Assembly: GCF_040938485.1 (NCBI RefSeq)
Contig: NW_027271076.1
Coordinates: 310,001 to 374,000 of the forward strand
Source: Diadema antillarum
Lineage: Eukaryota
DNA: 64,000 bases
Direction of reading: 5' to 3'
Shown here: piece after piece, positions 1 through 11,207 of the stretch
Layout of the letters: each line of letters begins with the position of its first letter
How positions within the stretch are numbered: position 1 is the first letter of the stretch
Translations under genes and position numbers: made by a program
The notes under the pieces: generated by a model
What the model was told of the DNA's origin: nothing
What the model saw: the letters and a program-made list of their open reading frames with translations, nothing else
Database searches by the model: none

Positions 1-519
1 CATCCGTAAAGAATGAACGGGTGACGTCATTGCCGTTACTGTCCCGGATCACCGATATGTATCTTAGTGAACGGGAATGAATCAATACAATAGGGTCCTT
101 TTGGATTCCCGGTGGTGTACCTTGGGAATATGTGGAGTATTGAGACGACATTTCTGTCTCTGAAACTTTCTTCCCGCAGCCATTTGGTCGCTTTATAGCC
201 CTCAAGATCGTTTGGTTGAAACCGTTTCCCCATGTTGCCGCTATACTTCTTATTCTCATATTTGTCTATTATTAATGTGTATATTTTTCAAGCCATTATC
301 TTCGTGAAGCATAAACTTTGATATGACGCTGATCTCCTGCATTTCTATCGCACGTAGATTTGCGTAATTTGTCTTTTTCGAAATCGGAATAAGGTTCGTG
401 ATTCGGAAGGTTATTTAGTACGCACCATGTATTCATTTTCGGGTTAACGGACATCCATGTGTACGGATTTTACGAGTTCTGTTATAATGACCTTTCATAA
501 CAAAGGACCTTACTTCATT

Positions 520-3500
520 TGTGACCCGCTACAACAAAATGATCCTAAAGTCGGGCGAGGTCGATTATTTGAAAATTGCATGACACAATTCCCTAATCGG
601 CCGTAATCTGGCAGAACTGCGTATCTCCTTTAACACATTACGCCAGAAATCGGGTTTAAAGATTCAATGTTACACCTTTCTAAACTGAGATACGATGAGT
701 TGCATTTGTCCTCTTTTCTCGGTCATAATTGGTCTAAAGAATTTATTTCCAGCAAAAAAATGACAATTTGACCTTTTTAAGTAGCAAAAATTACCAATTT
801 AAAAAACTTACGCAGTTCTGCCAGATTAATCGTCGCCAAATTTTTGCGATCGTAATCTGGCAGAACTGCGTATCTCTGGTCACGTGCCCGGGTTGATCAG
901 CCAGAACTGCGTAAGTTTTTGGCCATGCGGGGGGTTTTTCAGGCAGAACTGCGTATCTCTAGGAGATACGCAGTTCTGCCTGATAAGCACGTGTTTCATC
1001 AGGCAGAACTACGTATCTCTTTTCGTCGTCAACCACGTGCTTATCAGCCAGAACTGCGTATCTCCTAGAGATACGCAGTTCTGGCTGATAAACACGTGGT
1101 TTATCAACCAGAACTACGTATCTCGGTCTATTTTCTGCGGGTTATCTATCGTATTTTACCATCCACCCTCTTACTATTCAGCGGATGCAGTGTCAAAACA
1201 ATGAATATTTTAGATTGAGTACAATTTTTTTTTTGAAATATTTGTATTGTATAAAGTCATCATCATTGATTCACATTTAATTTCATTTTATCCATTCATT
1301 TGTATGAGGAAAATAACTTGCTTTCCCCAAATGTTGTCAGTCTGTGTTCATGTTTCAGTATTATTTAGCGGCACAAGAAGTACTGCTACATCAAAAGCCT
1401 GGCTGCTGCTTGGGTTATTGTCGATCTCGTGAAGCATTGCATTTGGATTAAGAATAATATTAGACTAGATTCTAGATGTTAAGCTATATTGTTCATCAAG
1501 ACTACAGGAACTACACTGTAGACCGTCTAGACCGTAGTCTTTTCAGGCCTAACGATACACTAGACGTCTAGAGAGTAGTAGAGCGGTACGTAGGAATCTG
1601 CATACGATAGGCCTACTGATCTCATCATTATCCTAGTATTCCTACTCTATGCCCAAAGTAAGAGTAAGCCTAGACCCTTTTGGCTGAAGGCCTAAACTCT
1701 ATTTAAACTAAAGAATACTAGGAGCTAGGCCTGACTAAAAGTTTATTTACAGTTTTATTAGAAAATAAAAAAATAGACCCTAGTTCTCGTTTGTGTCGAC
1801 TCCTACTGTAGGCCTTATTGTCGCTACAGTACTAACGTTAGGGTAGTAGTGTTCTAACCGTTACTATCTACGCAGGCCTATTAAAAACGTACGAGAACTC
1901 TCGAACTCTGTCTACTCGATTGTCTAGGTCTATGTAACATCCAGACGTCTATTTTGGGGCGTCATTATAACAGACTAGTAGATCAATGAAAATTAGTTTC
2001 TAGATTTTCTAGTCTAGACTCTAGATCTAACGCTAGACTCTATATCCAGGTAGGGGCTAAATCTAGCGTTACAGCTAGACTGTTTATTGGGGATCTAGGC
2101 CTAGAAGGTACTAATGTTACAGTAGATCTAAGAACAACGTAAAGCCTAACCTGCCTATCTATAATGACTAACGGTAAGTGTATAAAGTCTATAACCTATA
2201 ATGTCTAGTAGTAGTACTAGACTAGTAGTAATGTATAACTGTTTAATAGAACACAGATCTAAATCTAAGTTTCAGATCTATTTCTAGGGCTAAATGTTTA
2301 TAATTTAGCGTTTAACCTGTAGATTCTAGATTCTTCATATTACAGACTTCAAGAATGTCTGGCCGAATCAAATCTGGAAAAATAGAAAACTGAGTAAAGA
2401 CAGAATAACCGGCGATTCAGCCTAAGTTAAGTAACGGTAGGCCCCAGTAGTCTAACATGCTACTAGTAGTAGGCCCCTACTGCACAACTCTACTGGGAGT
2501 ACCGGTACGGTACCGGTATTAAAAAGTAAACTGTAATTTAAGTGTTAGTATTGGTCAATTTCTGACGTCTGTAGGATTGGATCGAAAATGCCATCGTTAT
2601 GGACGGTATCCTAGATATTCATTAAACTTCTCGAGATCAATCCCATAGATCCAAGCCCACTAACCGCTTATTACAATGAAAAATAAAATAAAAAGCTATG
2701 GTCAATGGATTACAGATATTATTGTTCGCGTGACCTACGCTACCGCACAGTACATTGATTTCACGTACACTAACAATGGACAAGTGCTGCAGCAGTACTA
2801 AGTAGGCCTAAAATTGACTGGAGCGTGATGTCAGACAAGATGCAAACTATAACGTTTGTTAGATCTAGAAATGCTCTAGGCTTAAAAAACACTAGATTGT
2901 AGCAAAACTTAATAGTAAGGCATACCGCATATTGACCTGTTTTGAAGCCTGCCAGTCTATGAAGGGAAAGAAAGTGGCAATTTCCCCCAAGAGTAACGAG
3001 GGTTATTGCTTTAGCGTGACTGTCGTCGTGTACAATACACGTAGCCGTACGACGTGTCTAGCTAGCTAGTTTAGGCGCAGGCAGGCACTGCTAGCCTGAA
3101 CGCGCAGCGCGTTCGTCACTACCAAGGTCACGCACGCGCGTGTTAAGATATACCATGTCCGTGCGGGATGCAGGAACACCTTGGTCCAAGCGTTGTCGTA
3201 AGTCGACTTACGCAGTTCTGCCTGATTAACATCGGAAAATTCATTTCGAATCTCGACTTACGCAGTTCTGCCAGATTAATCGCCCTCTCTCCTCAGGAAT
3301 TTTGCCAAAATCACTTTCTAAAAATAACTTTCTGTACCGATTCACAACTTATTTTTTGGCCCACTTGAAAGAGCATGAGAAAAAACACACAAAACACTCA
3401 AAACCTGAAAATCGACCAAAATCGACTTAGGGAGTTCTGCCAGATTACGGCCGTAATCTTTCTGCTTTAAATTGATATATAACACGTCTCATAAAAATAA

Positions 3501-4040
3501 TGGGCTGCGGAGATATCGATGTTTAAAAGAGAGCATGTCAAGACGTCTGGGAAATCACTGTTTCGAGAAAAGCGCCCTAAAAGTTCTCCTTGCGACGCAA
3601 TCACAATCAAGAGACACGCAAGTCAGTATTCACCTCCGGACAATAGAAGTTAAGCCCTAGCAACCCCCGAAATGCTCATTCAAACACAGCGTCGGCGGTC
3701 TCCTCACCGACCAATCAGTGACCAGGATGTCAGGAGAAACGTCTAGGCATAGCGCAACCCGCCCGCACGCACCAGTCGACTGGGCAGTGTGCGAGCTTCA
3801 CGCTTCGGTTAGCGGCAAGCAGCAAACTGACCAATGAGATCACTCTGGTCGTTGTTAGGGGCGGAGCCTATGTGTGGCGCTCAATCCAAATGTTCGAACC
3901 AGTTTCTGCTTCGTTGAAACGCCAAAAAAACATGGCCCAGAAAAACGCTATTTTTTGGTCTTTCCTTTTATCATTTTGCTTCAAAATTTCGACAGATGAT
4001 AGAAGACATGTCAGACTCTAATAATATGTCAAATTCAGTG
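520..4040 (+). mobile_element. TGTGACC-ended MITE family 2 copy (520-597 plus 3454-~4040), split by a nested element; right TIR missing
   Basis: Starts TGTGACCCGCTACAACAAAA. Both halves are collinear with the intact copy at 33884-34549. Confidence 0.8.
598..3453. mobile_element. 2.86-kb non-autonomous DNA transposon with TIR CGGCCGTAATCTGGCAGAACT and TSD TAAT; superfamily unresolved
   Basis: About 21-bp inverted termini. TAAT lies at 594-597 and 3454-3457. Subterminal CAGAACTGCGTATCTC/GCAGTTCTG motifs repeat at both ends. Confidence 0.85.
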
Positions 4041-4566
4041 TGTGGCTGACTGAAGAACAACTAAAACGTAAAAATTGGGGGCTTGTCCAGAAACGAGCAA
4101 GGGCCTTCTCGCAGGAAGAATTGATTCACAATCCAACGGATTCTCATTTCATTTCATAACGGATTTCTATTTATTTCAAGCCTTCCAACACTCTTCGGCA
4201 GAAACGGGTACACCCCCAAAACAAATGTCAAAACACGATCGGAATAATGTGTTATTTCGGTTTTCGTTTCATTCACTTTTTTACATTACTCATGTGATAC
4301 CAAACAAACTGCAGATCGAGGTCAGCTGGAATCGAATCAGCCATAATCATACATTTGAATTTAGCAGTACCATTTTGAGTTGAGGAAATGACTCCGAAGA
4401 ATCATGACACTCTACTCACCATTGCTCATTTATTATACATGTCCAGACAAATATATGTAGTCGTAAGATGTTATTCTAGTACCCGAATGAATCAAAATCT
4501 ACAAAGATATTCTTATGCGAAAAGAAATGCCGTTGTCCACCCATTGATTCAGTGTTACTATCTTAA

Positions 4567-5091
4567 CAATTTTATGTGCCATGGTGGAAAGGTGGAAACC
4601 CCCTGTGTGCCACATTATTCTGAGACACCAACGTAGTAATTCCTTGCGAAAACATTTGGTTTTTTTTTTCAAATCTATGCAAATCTTACAGATATTTGTT
4701 AAGCTTCATATGTAATGAGCAAAGTTCTTCAGAAAATGCCAAGGTTTGCTGTGATGTAAATTTTGTGACAAATACATAACTGATTTTCTTTCAAATGACC
4801 GGTAGCCACAATGTTGTACGGGCATGATTTTGCACACAAAACAGTGAGCGAAATTTAAAATCTACACTCAAATAAAGTACAGAACACCGCTCGCTATTCA
4901 GTCACCACATAATATGCAATACAAGAAGTGCTGCTATCATGTGAGGAAAGGAATCATGAGAAACGCTTTCATTGTACTGCGGTATTTTGCGATTTATCGA
5001 TCGATTTGGGCGGGTTTGTACGTTTGATCAGAACATGCGAAGTTGGCACTCCGTCGACTGAGCCGGGCGTGCGAACGTGGCACACAAGGAG
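4567..5091 (+). mobile_element. piggyBac-like MITE (TTAA flanks, CTC...GAG-type ends), ~525 bp
   Basis: TTAA at 4563-4566 and 5092-5095, with an imperfect TIR around ATGTGCCA/TGGCACAC. Homologs at 20993-21788 and 30745-31255. Confidence 0.65.
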
Positions 5092-5452
5092 TTAATTGTC
5101 GTTATACTACCTTTATCATTCGTAGCTTTTGCAGTACTTGGTAGAAGACTTCCCTGAAATCCGATGGTTTCCTGAGGTGGCATTTTCATGATTATTGAGT
5201 GTCTACTAGTAGAAACAATGCACTATTGTGTAGTATAACGACTCATGGAAAGGAAACACAAAATCAAACAACTAAAAAAAAGAGAGAAAAAACCCCGAAA
5301 ACGATCAATTATTTGTCAAACCTTTCCAAAATCCAAATCAGAAAAGCATGTTGATCTTCTAGAAATTTTAACTACTCTAAGAATCACTTGTAGACTAAAA
5401 CAATATTCGGAGGCCTTGGAAAGCCTGTAACCGAAAAAACGAAAAGGTCATA

Positions 5453-6148
5453 TGTGACCCTGCATCACAAAACCAACAAAAAGTCGCCAGACATGGATTT
5501 GTAATTAAGGGAAGATTCTTAAAGAGCATACTCTAAGCTTTAAACTGATGTACAGCTCAATTCAAGTGGACTCCCCTAACCTCTCTAAATAGTAAAAAGA
5601 AAGCACACACTCTGGAAAAGTGTGAACTGAGGTAAGAGGCTCTGAAGTACAGAGCTTATTTAAGCGTGTAATCTTTACCAAGCCGTGATAGCTGCGCAAT
5701 GAAAGGGACAAAACACAGGATATAAACTACTGGAGCAACAAAAATGAAGGGATTATCAGATTATGCTGAAATTGAGCATGTTCTATCAACACATTCTGTC
5801 CATGATTAATGCCGAGTTTCAAAACAGTAGAATTATCTATCAAAAGTTATGAGACTTGAAATGGAAGAGTGTGTAAAGGATTTCAAGAAATGAAAAGGGT
5901 ACTCTTAGGCATACCTGATCATTCTATTCCCCCCCCCCCAAAAAAAAAGCTTGTAGAAAAACTGATGAAAACACACTTTCCCCTTCATGTTATCATCCCA
6001 AATTAAAGGATAATGTAGAGGAAGGATAGCTCTTTCAGAAAATATGAAAAAATCAAGATTGACTCGGTTGACACATTTCACCTTTTTTGAGTCCTCACGC
6101 AAAATCATGGGGTGCAACTTTTTGTTGGTTTTGTGATGCACGGTCACA
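5453..6148 (+). mobile_element. TGTGACC MITE family 1, ~0.7 kb, TA-flanked
   Basis: ~40-bp imperfect TIRs (TGTGACC.TGCA.CACAAAAC), TA on both sides, non-coding interior shared with 13 other copies. Confidence 0.88.
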
Positions 6149-6412
6149 TATACAAACAAGAAGGAATGGAAAATCAAGACCTTTTTACATTTCTGAAACT
6201 CAGCCAGTGAATGTTAATGTACATGAGAAAAGCAAAACAATAAAAAAATCAGGATATCCTTTCAAAAATAAAAAAGAAATGTTAATTGTGCGTTGATTTA
6301 ATGCTTATACTCCATCGATTTATATAACATTTGTGCACTTGAAATCCGAATAGATGATTCTGTCTTGGCTGCCCGTGGACTGAGAACACGCGCGAATACG
6401 TCAACAAAAAAG

Positions 6413-7504
6413 TTAGGATAATTCGATCCTAGGATTACTTTTCTCGGGTTGGAATTGTGATTCAAGATCTTCAAATATTGGTGTATTTCTTTTGGTTGCG
6501 TTTCGACAAAAATCTTTCACGGCTTCACGGAATTGCTTGTGACGAAGAGTGTACACTATCGGGTTCACGCAGGAGTTACAAATGGCGAGTGCATTGTCTA
6601 TGCGTGAGAGGGGACTGCGCACATAGTTCGGACAATACGCTATTTGGTCTGGAGCCCAGCAGATGACGTAGATAAGGACAACTGTCAATGTTAGCGTGAT
6701 GACTCGAGATCGCGCGATATTGTGGAACGATGCCGTGGACTCATTCGACACAAAGCGGGCGGCTTCTCTTCGGAGAGAGCGTGCAATGACGATCTGGGTT
6801 GTAAGCATGAGGGCGGTCGGGAAAGCAAAGTGGGCAACAAAGATATAAATCCCATAAAGGATTTCCAGGTTTCGCTCTTGTCGCTGATACACACACCGTC
6901 CCGTTGTCGCGCCCGTAGTGTTGTTGAAAAGAACTCGAACCATTAATATACTCGATCCAGCCCAAATCAGAAAAACGATGCGATTTACGAGTCGGCGACT
7001 TGCGAGGCGTCTAAAATGGATCGGATAAACGACAGCAAAAAAGCGATCAAGGGATACTGCCACCAGGCTGTAGATCGATGCTGTGACGGTAGTCCACACC
7101 AGAAACTCGCCTTCAATGACTTTGCAATAAAAAGCTCCCGTCAGTGAATTGGGAATAGAGTTGACTGTCGGGTGCGGAATCAAGAGGATCGAAGTGACAA
7201 AATCAGCTATTGCCAGATTTCCCACAAGGATATCCGTTGAGCGGCTCTTCGAGCGACGGCCGAACACTACAGCGATGACGAGGATGTTGCCAGTAATCCC
7301 AAGAATTGCGATGATGAGCTCGCAGATCACATACCAAGACCACGTCATACCTTCCCAAGACCACGTAATCAGATTTTGCTCAGCCACAGTCGAAACATCG
7401 CTATATCTCTCATTCAAAGCTGATTCTTCGGAGGGTGTTAGCATTTCAGTCACAACAACATCAAAATGTCCTTTTGTAGACATTTCAATAAGCGTAGTAC
7501 TCAT
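6413..7504 (-). CDS. Class A GPCR copy 1 (galanin/allatostatin-A receptor-like), 363 aa, with a net 7-aa deletion at the TM6/ECL3 junction
   Basis: 7TM motifs GN(TM1), LAIADF, DRF, CWAP, NPIVY and helix-8 FREAVK are present. The ORF-track start at 7555 lies in the intron: the acceptor TTGCAG| ends at 7531, so the first exonic ATG is at 7504. Confidence 0.9.
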   Translation of the reverse strand: MSTTLIEMSTKGHFDVVVTEMLTPSEESALNERYSDVSTVAEQNLITWSWEGMTWSWYVICELIIAILGITGNILVIAVVFGRRSKSRSTDILVGNLAIADFVTSILLIPHPTVNSIPNSLTGAFYCKVIEGEFLVWTTVTASIYSLVAVSLDRFFAVVYPIHFRRLASRRLVNRIVFLIWAGSSILMVRVLFNNTTGATTGRCVYQRQERNLEILYGIYIFVAHFAFPTALMLTTQIVIARSLRREAARFVSNESTASFHNIARSRVITLTLTVVLIYVICWAPDQIAYCPNYVRSPLSRIDNALAICNSCVNPIVYTLRHKQFREAVKDFCRNATKRNTPIFEDLESQFQPEKSNPRIELS

Positions 7505-7988
7505 TATTTTGAAAAGCAATTCCTTGTCCTCTGCAATACATGAGCAAAAGTACAAGTTAAATCAATATTATTACAAGTTGTATGTTACATCTATCGGATC
7601 GAAATGACATAATCAAAATTAAAGAGAAGTATTAGATCAGATGATTACAGAGTTTCTTTATCTTTAGAGACATGCTTACGACATCATTCGTGTATAATAT
7701 ACTTTATATTGTATTGAAAAAAATCCTTTATCAGACGAGTGTAAGAGAAATGAAAAAAAAATTGTATCACCTTGGATTAAGTCAACTTTTTCTTTTCTTT
7801 TCTTTGTGATGATGGAAATAAATAAACTATTGAATTGAATTGAATTGTATTGAGTGAGATATATCATAATCACTAGTGTATCAACATTATGTATAATTTT
7901 AGCGCTTATTCTTCCTTAAATCTGCATATAAACTATTGTTTACGACAAAAACGTTCCGATGAACCTCCAATATTCATTACAAATATGC

Positions 7989-7993
<5 letters not shown>

Positions 7994-8038
<45 letters not shown>
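7994..8038. repeat. (TA)n microsatellite; others near 28020-28230, 30701-30744, 31256-31308, 32213-32250, 34550-34582 and 62893-62933
   Basis: Direct reading of the sequence. Confidence 0.95.
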
Positions 8039-8040
<2 letters not shown>

Positions 8041-8052
8041 CATAGATATATT

Positions 8053-8759
8053 TGTAAATATGCACCTCAAAACGAACATAAAGTCGCACACACTGATTTT
8101 GCGTGAGGACTGAAAATAAGTGAAATGGGTCAACCTAGCCGAACTTGACTTTTTCATATTTTCTGAAAGAGCGGGACTTCTTTATCATTATGCTAACATT
8201 TGGTATCATAAAACAGGCAGGAAAGTGTGTTTTTTAGCAGTTTATCTCGAACATTTTTGGTAGAATAGTGTGATTAGGTGTGTCTTTAGAATCCCTTTTT
8301 CATTTCTGAAAAACCTTGTCCACACTCTTCACTTTTAACTCTAATAACTTTTGAAAGGATAGTGCTCCTGCTTTGAAAGTTGGCATTAATTAAGGACAGA
8401 ATGTGGTAATGAGGCATGCCTAATTTCAGTTTAATCTGATAATTTCTTCATTGTTGTTACTTTGGTGGTTTACTTCCCATTTTTTTTGTCCCGTTCATCG
8501 CACATTCAGCACGGTTTGGTAAAGATTAAGCGCTTGAATAGTCATTGTACTTCAGAGCTTCTTTTCTCAGTTCACATTTTTCCTGAGTTTGTGCATTCTT
8601 TCCAATATTTAGATCGATTTAGATACTTAGATATTTAGAGTCCATTTTATTTGAGTTATACATCATTTTAAAGCTTAAAGTCTGCTCTTTCAGAATAATG
8701 GTCTTAACTAAAAATTCATGTCTGGCGACTTTTTGTTTGTTTTGAGGTGCAGGGTCACA
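8053..8759 (-). mobile_element. MITE family 1, in the intron of copy 1
   Basis: Reverse-orientation homolog of 5453-6148; left TIR decayed. Confidence 0.85.
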
Positions 8760-9523
8760 AATAGTCATACATATAAATATCACAGTAACTGATGGTTTAT
8801 TTATAGTAATTGAGATTTTCTTAATGACATTTTTTTTTTTATCCAAGCTGTTAAACATACTTTCGTAAAATCGAGATAAAGCTGTCTTTTATCGATTCTT
8901 GTGTTTTCTAAGAGACAAAAGGAAATCACACGACTGTTGTGTAATAATCTAAGTCAAAATCATTTTCGTTGACACAATCTGTAATGCATGTGTATAAATG
9001 TACATATTGAATTTGTTATCATGAAAAGCCTGTCACACATAAGACAGCATATAATTCACATGAAATTTTGCCTTTGGCTGCAGGTTTCATAATGAATCTT
9101 TTTCTTGAGAGAAAATCAAATCGTGTGTCCATAAACAGTTCTGCATCATCTGTTATTTAACAAACATGCTAATCCCTTTCTGTAGTTTCATGTTAAAAAG
9201 TGCTAGGATTGAAACTCATTGATGTGGGAAAAAAAGTCAATTATGTATATATGAATAAGATTTAGGTTGATCATGTGGTTTTATCATTCTAGACTTCGAA
9301 AGCACTACCGGCACATCATATCAGACAATTGACTACAAGGCGTACCAAAAACAAGAGAAAGGAATAAGATGCGTGGCTGCATTTGAATTTACAAATGAAA
9401 GTTACTGTTGATGAAATTAGCCTATTTTGGTAACAGGGAATCATTTCCATGCTAGTTTCATTTATCACAACACGAGCACACACACAAACACACACACACA
9501 CACACATTGACCCATCTACTTAC

Positions 9524-9611
9524 CTCATGAAGATCAGGGTGGTCTCGCAGTAGGTATCCAAAAAGACGAAGTGGAACTTCAGAAAACTTCCACACCACTT
9601 TTATATAAAAG
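9524..9611 (-). promoter_or_regulatory. TATA box plus short exon 1 of GPCR copy 1
   Basis: CTTTTATATAAAAG (palindromic TATA) at 9598-9611. The exon ends CATGAG|GTAAGT with the donor at 9523. The module is conserved in six copies. Confidence 0.75.
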
Positions 9612-11207
9612 CACATTCGTTAGATCTTTCGATGAGTGCACTTTTAGAGTGACCAAATTCTAACAAATCAGAAAAAAAAGAGAGTTGAATGGAATCGATG
9701 ATTTAACCTTCAAGTCAATTTCCTGCAAGGTCAGCCTGAGCTCATGTCATTCTGACTATTTGTCAAATATGATAAAATTTTGATAAGGGAATTAAAGAAA
9801 AACTGTCATATAAAGATTAAAAGGAATAACATCAACATCGCCCTGTTTTCGGGGGGGGGGGGGGGGGTAGGCACCAATATGCTACAATATTAGATCTATA
9901 ACGATCATAAAATCTATGCAGAAAGCCCGAGGCTTAAATGGATAAGCAAGATTTCTCTTTTTCGAGAAAAAGCAGAAATCGATGATGTTTTTTGTGCTCT
10001 TTGTCAGGAACAGATCAATGCTGTAACAGAGTTCCTGGATGCATTAACTCATGAAGAGATTGCATGTCTGTCTTATTTTTTTAATCTCTATTTCATTCTT
10101 GCTCTCTCTCTCTTTCTCTCTCTCTCACCATCTCCCTCCCTCAGATATGCTCGGGAAAAAAGTAAACAAACCTTTATCTTAACGGTTCTCTATGTTTTCT
10201 CCCTTCCTTTATATTTTTTTTTTCAGTCTCCTTATACCTTTGCTTTTTTCATTAAGGTTTCGCTAGTGGTATGTAGTCATCTTCTTTGCTTTCAAATGTG
10301 TACTTCTTCCTTTGCATCGATCTTTCTATTCTACAATCAACAATTATGTTAAGAAAAAAGAAATAGGAAGGAAAGGAAGAAGAAGGACAAAACGCTTCCG
10401 GTAAAGAATTGCTGATGACGCGTGCATGTAGAATGTAAAGTCATCTCTGTTTTGTATGCATTTTGAAATGTTGAGGATTATTTACCTATTTAAAAAGATA
10501 TATGTAATGGAGGATGAATGAGATCGGAAAATACATCATATCACATGCAAAATAATAATGACTGGCCTCATTATCATTCACAAACATAGGCAGAACTGAG
10601 CAGATTACAGTATTATCTTTTCTTTAAAAAAAAAAACACGATTTATATACACAAAGCACACTCTGTATCTCTGGAGACGAAGAGAGGAGAGAGAAAGGAA
10701 GAGAAAGAAATGGAGAGAGAAAGACAAAGGAAAAAGGAAAGAAAGATAAAGCTTGCATACTATACCCACTCGAACACACGCTCTATTGCGTATGCATAAT
10801 GTGTGTGCGTGTGTGTGTGGCTGTGCGGGTGTGTGTGTTTATGTATGGATACATATGCTGAGCCATGAAATCAAAGTGTTATAGTAACACAATGATGAGG
10901 ATATAAAGCCATCGATTTTAATATTTTCAGGACAATCAACGACATTACACAAAGGAAATTTATCCTAAACATACTTGGCGTAGATTTAATGAATACATAG
11001 ATTTTAGTGAAGTTTGAGGAAAATTGCATAATCGAATATAATCGGACAATGTTGGCAGTAAAACAAGAAACGATCTTGAACTTAATGACGCCAATCGCCC
11101 GCATACACACGTTGTATTCGTAATGACATGTTTAAACCTGTAAGAGTAAACTAAAATCCGCTTTCATTTCAATTGAATAGCCTAGATGGTTCGTTACTGT
11201 CACATAC

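Noticed and set aside
600-1125. CRISPR-like repeat/spacer appearance
   Set aside because: The context is eukaryotic, the repeats are in mixed orientation with irregular spacing, they match the TIR, and no cas genes are present.
884-1204. 106-aa ORF with SQNCVS repeats
   Set aside because: It is a translation of transposon subterminal repeats, which occur in both orientations.
4130-4260. L1/Tx1 zinc knuckle (HLFWGC) reading
   Set aside because: The paralog at about 14700 does not keep the motif, all three frames look equally plausible, and a conserved splice donor lies nearby. Left as an unidentified relic.
7505-7555. ORF-track N-terminal extensions of copies 1, 4 and 7 (MYF.../MYL...)
   Set aside because: They run through intronic polypyrimidine tracts and AG acceptors conserved across the paralogs.
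7149-7607. Recurrent + strand ORFs (MGIELTVG..., also at 17074, 25182, 37568, 49674 and 61151) that look like a conserved antisense gene family
   Set aside because: They lie opposite the GPCR CDS, their conservation follows from the sense codons, and their starts and ends vary.
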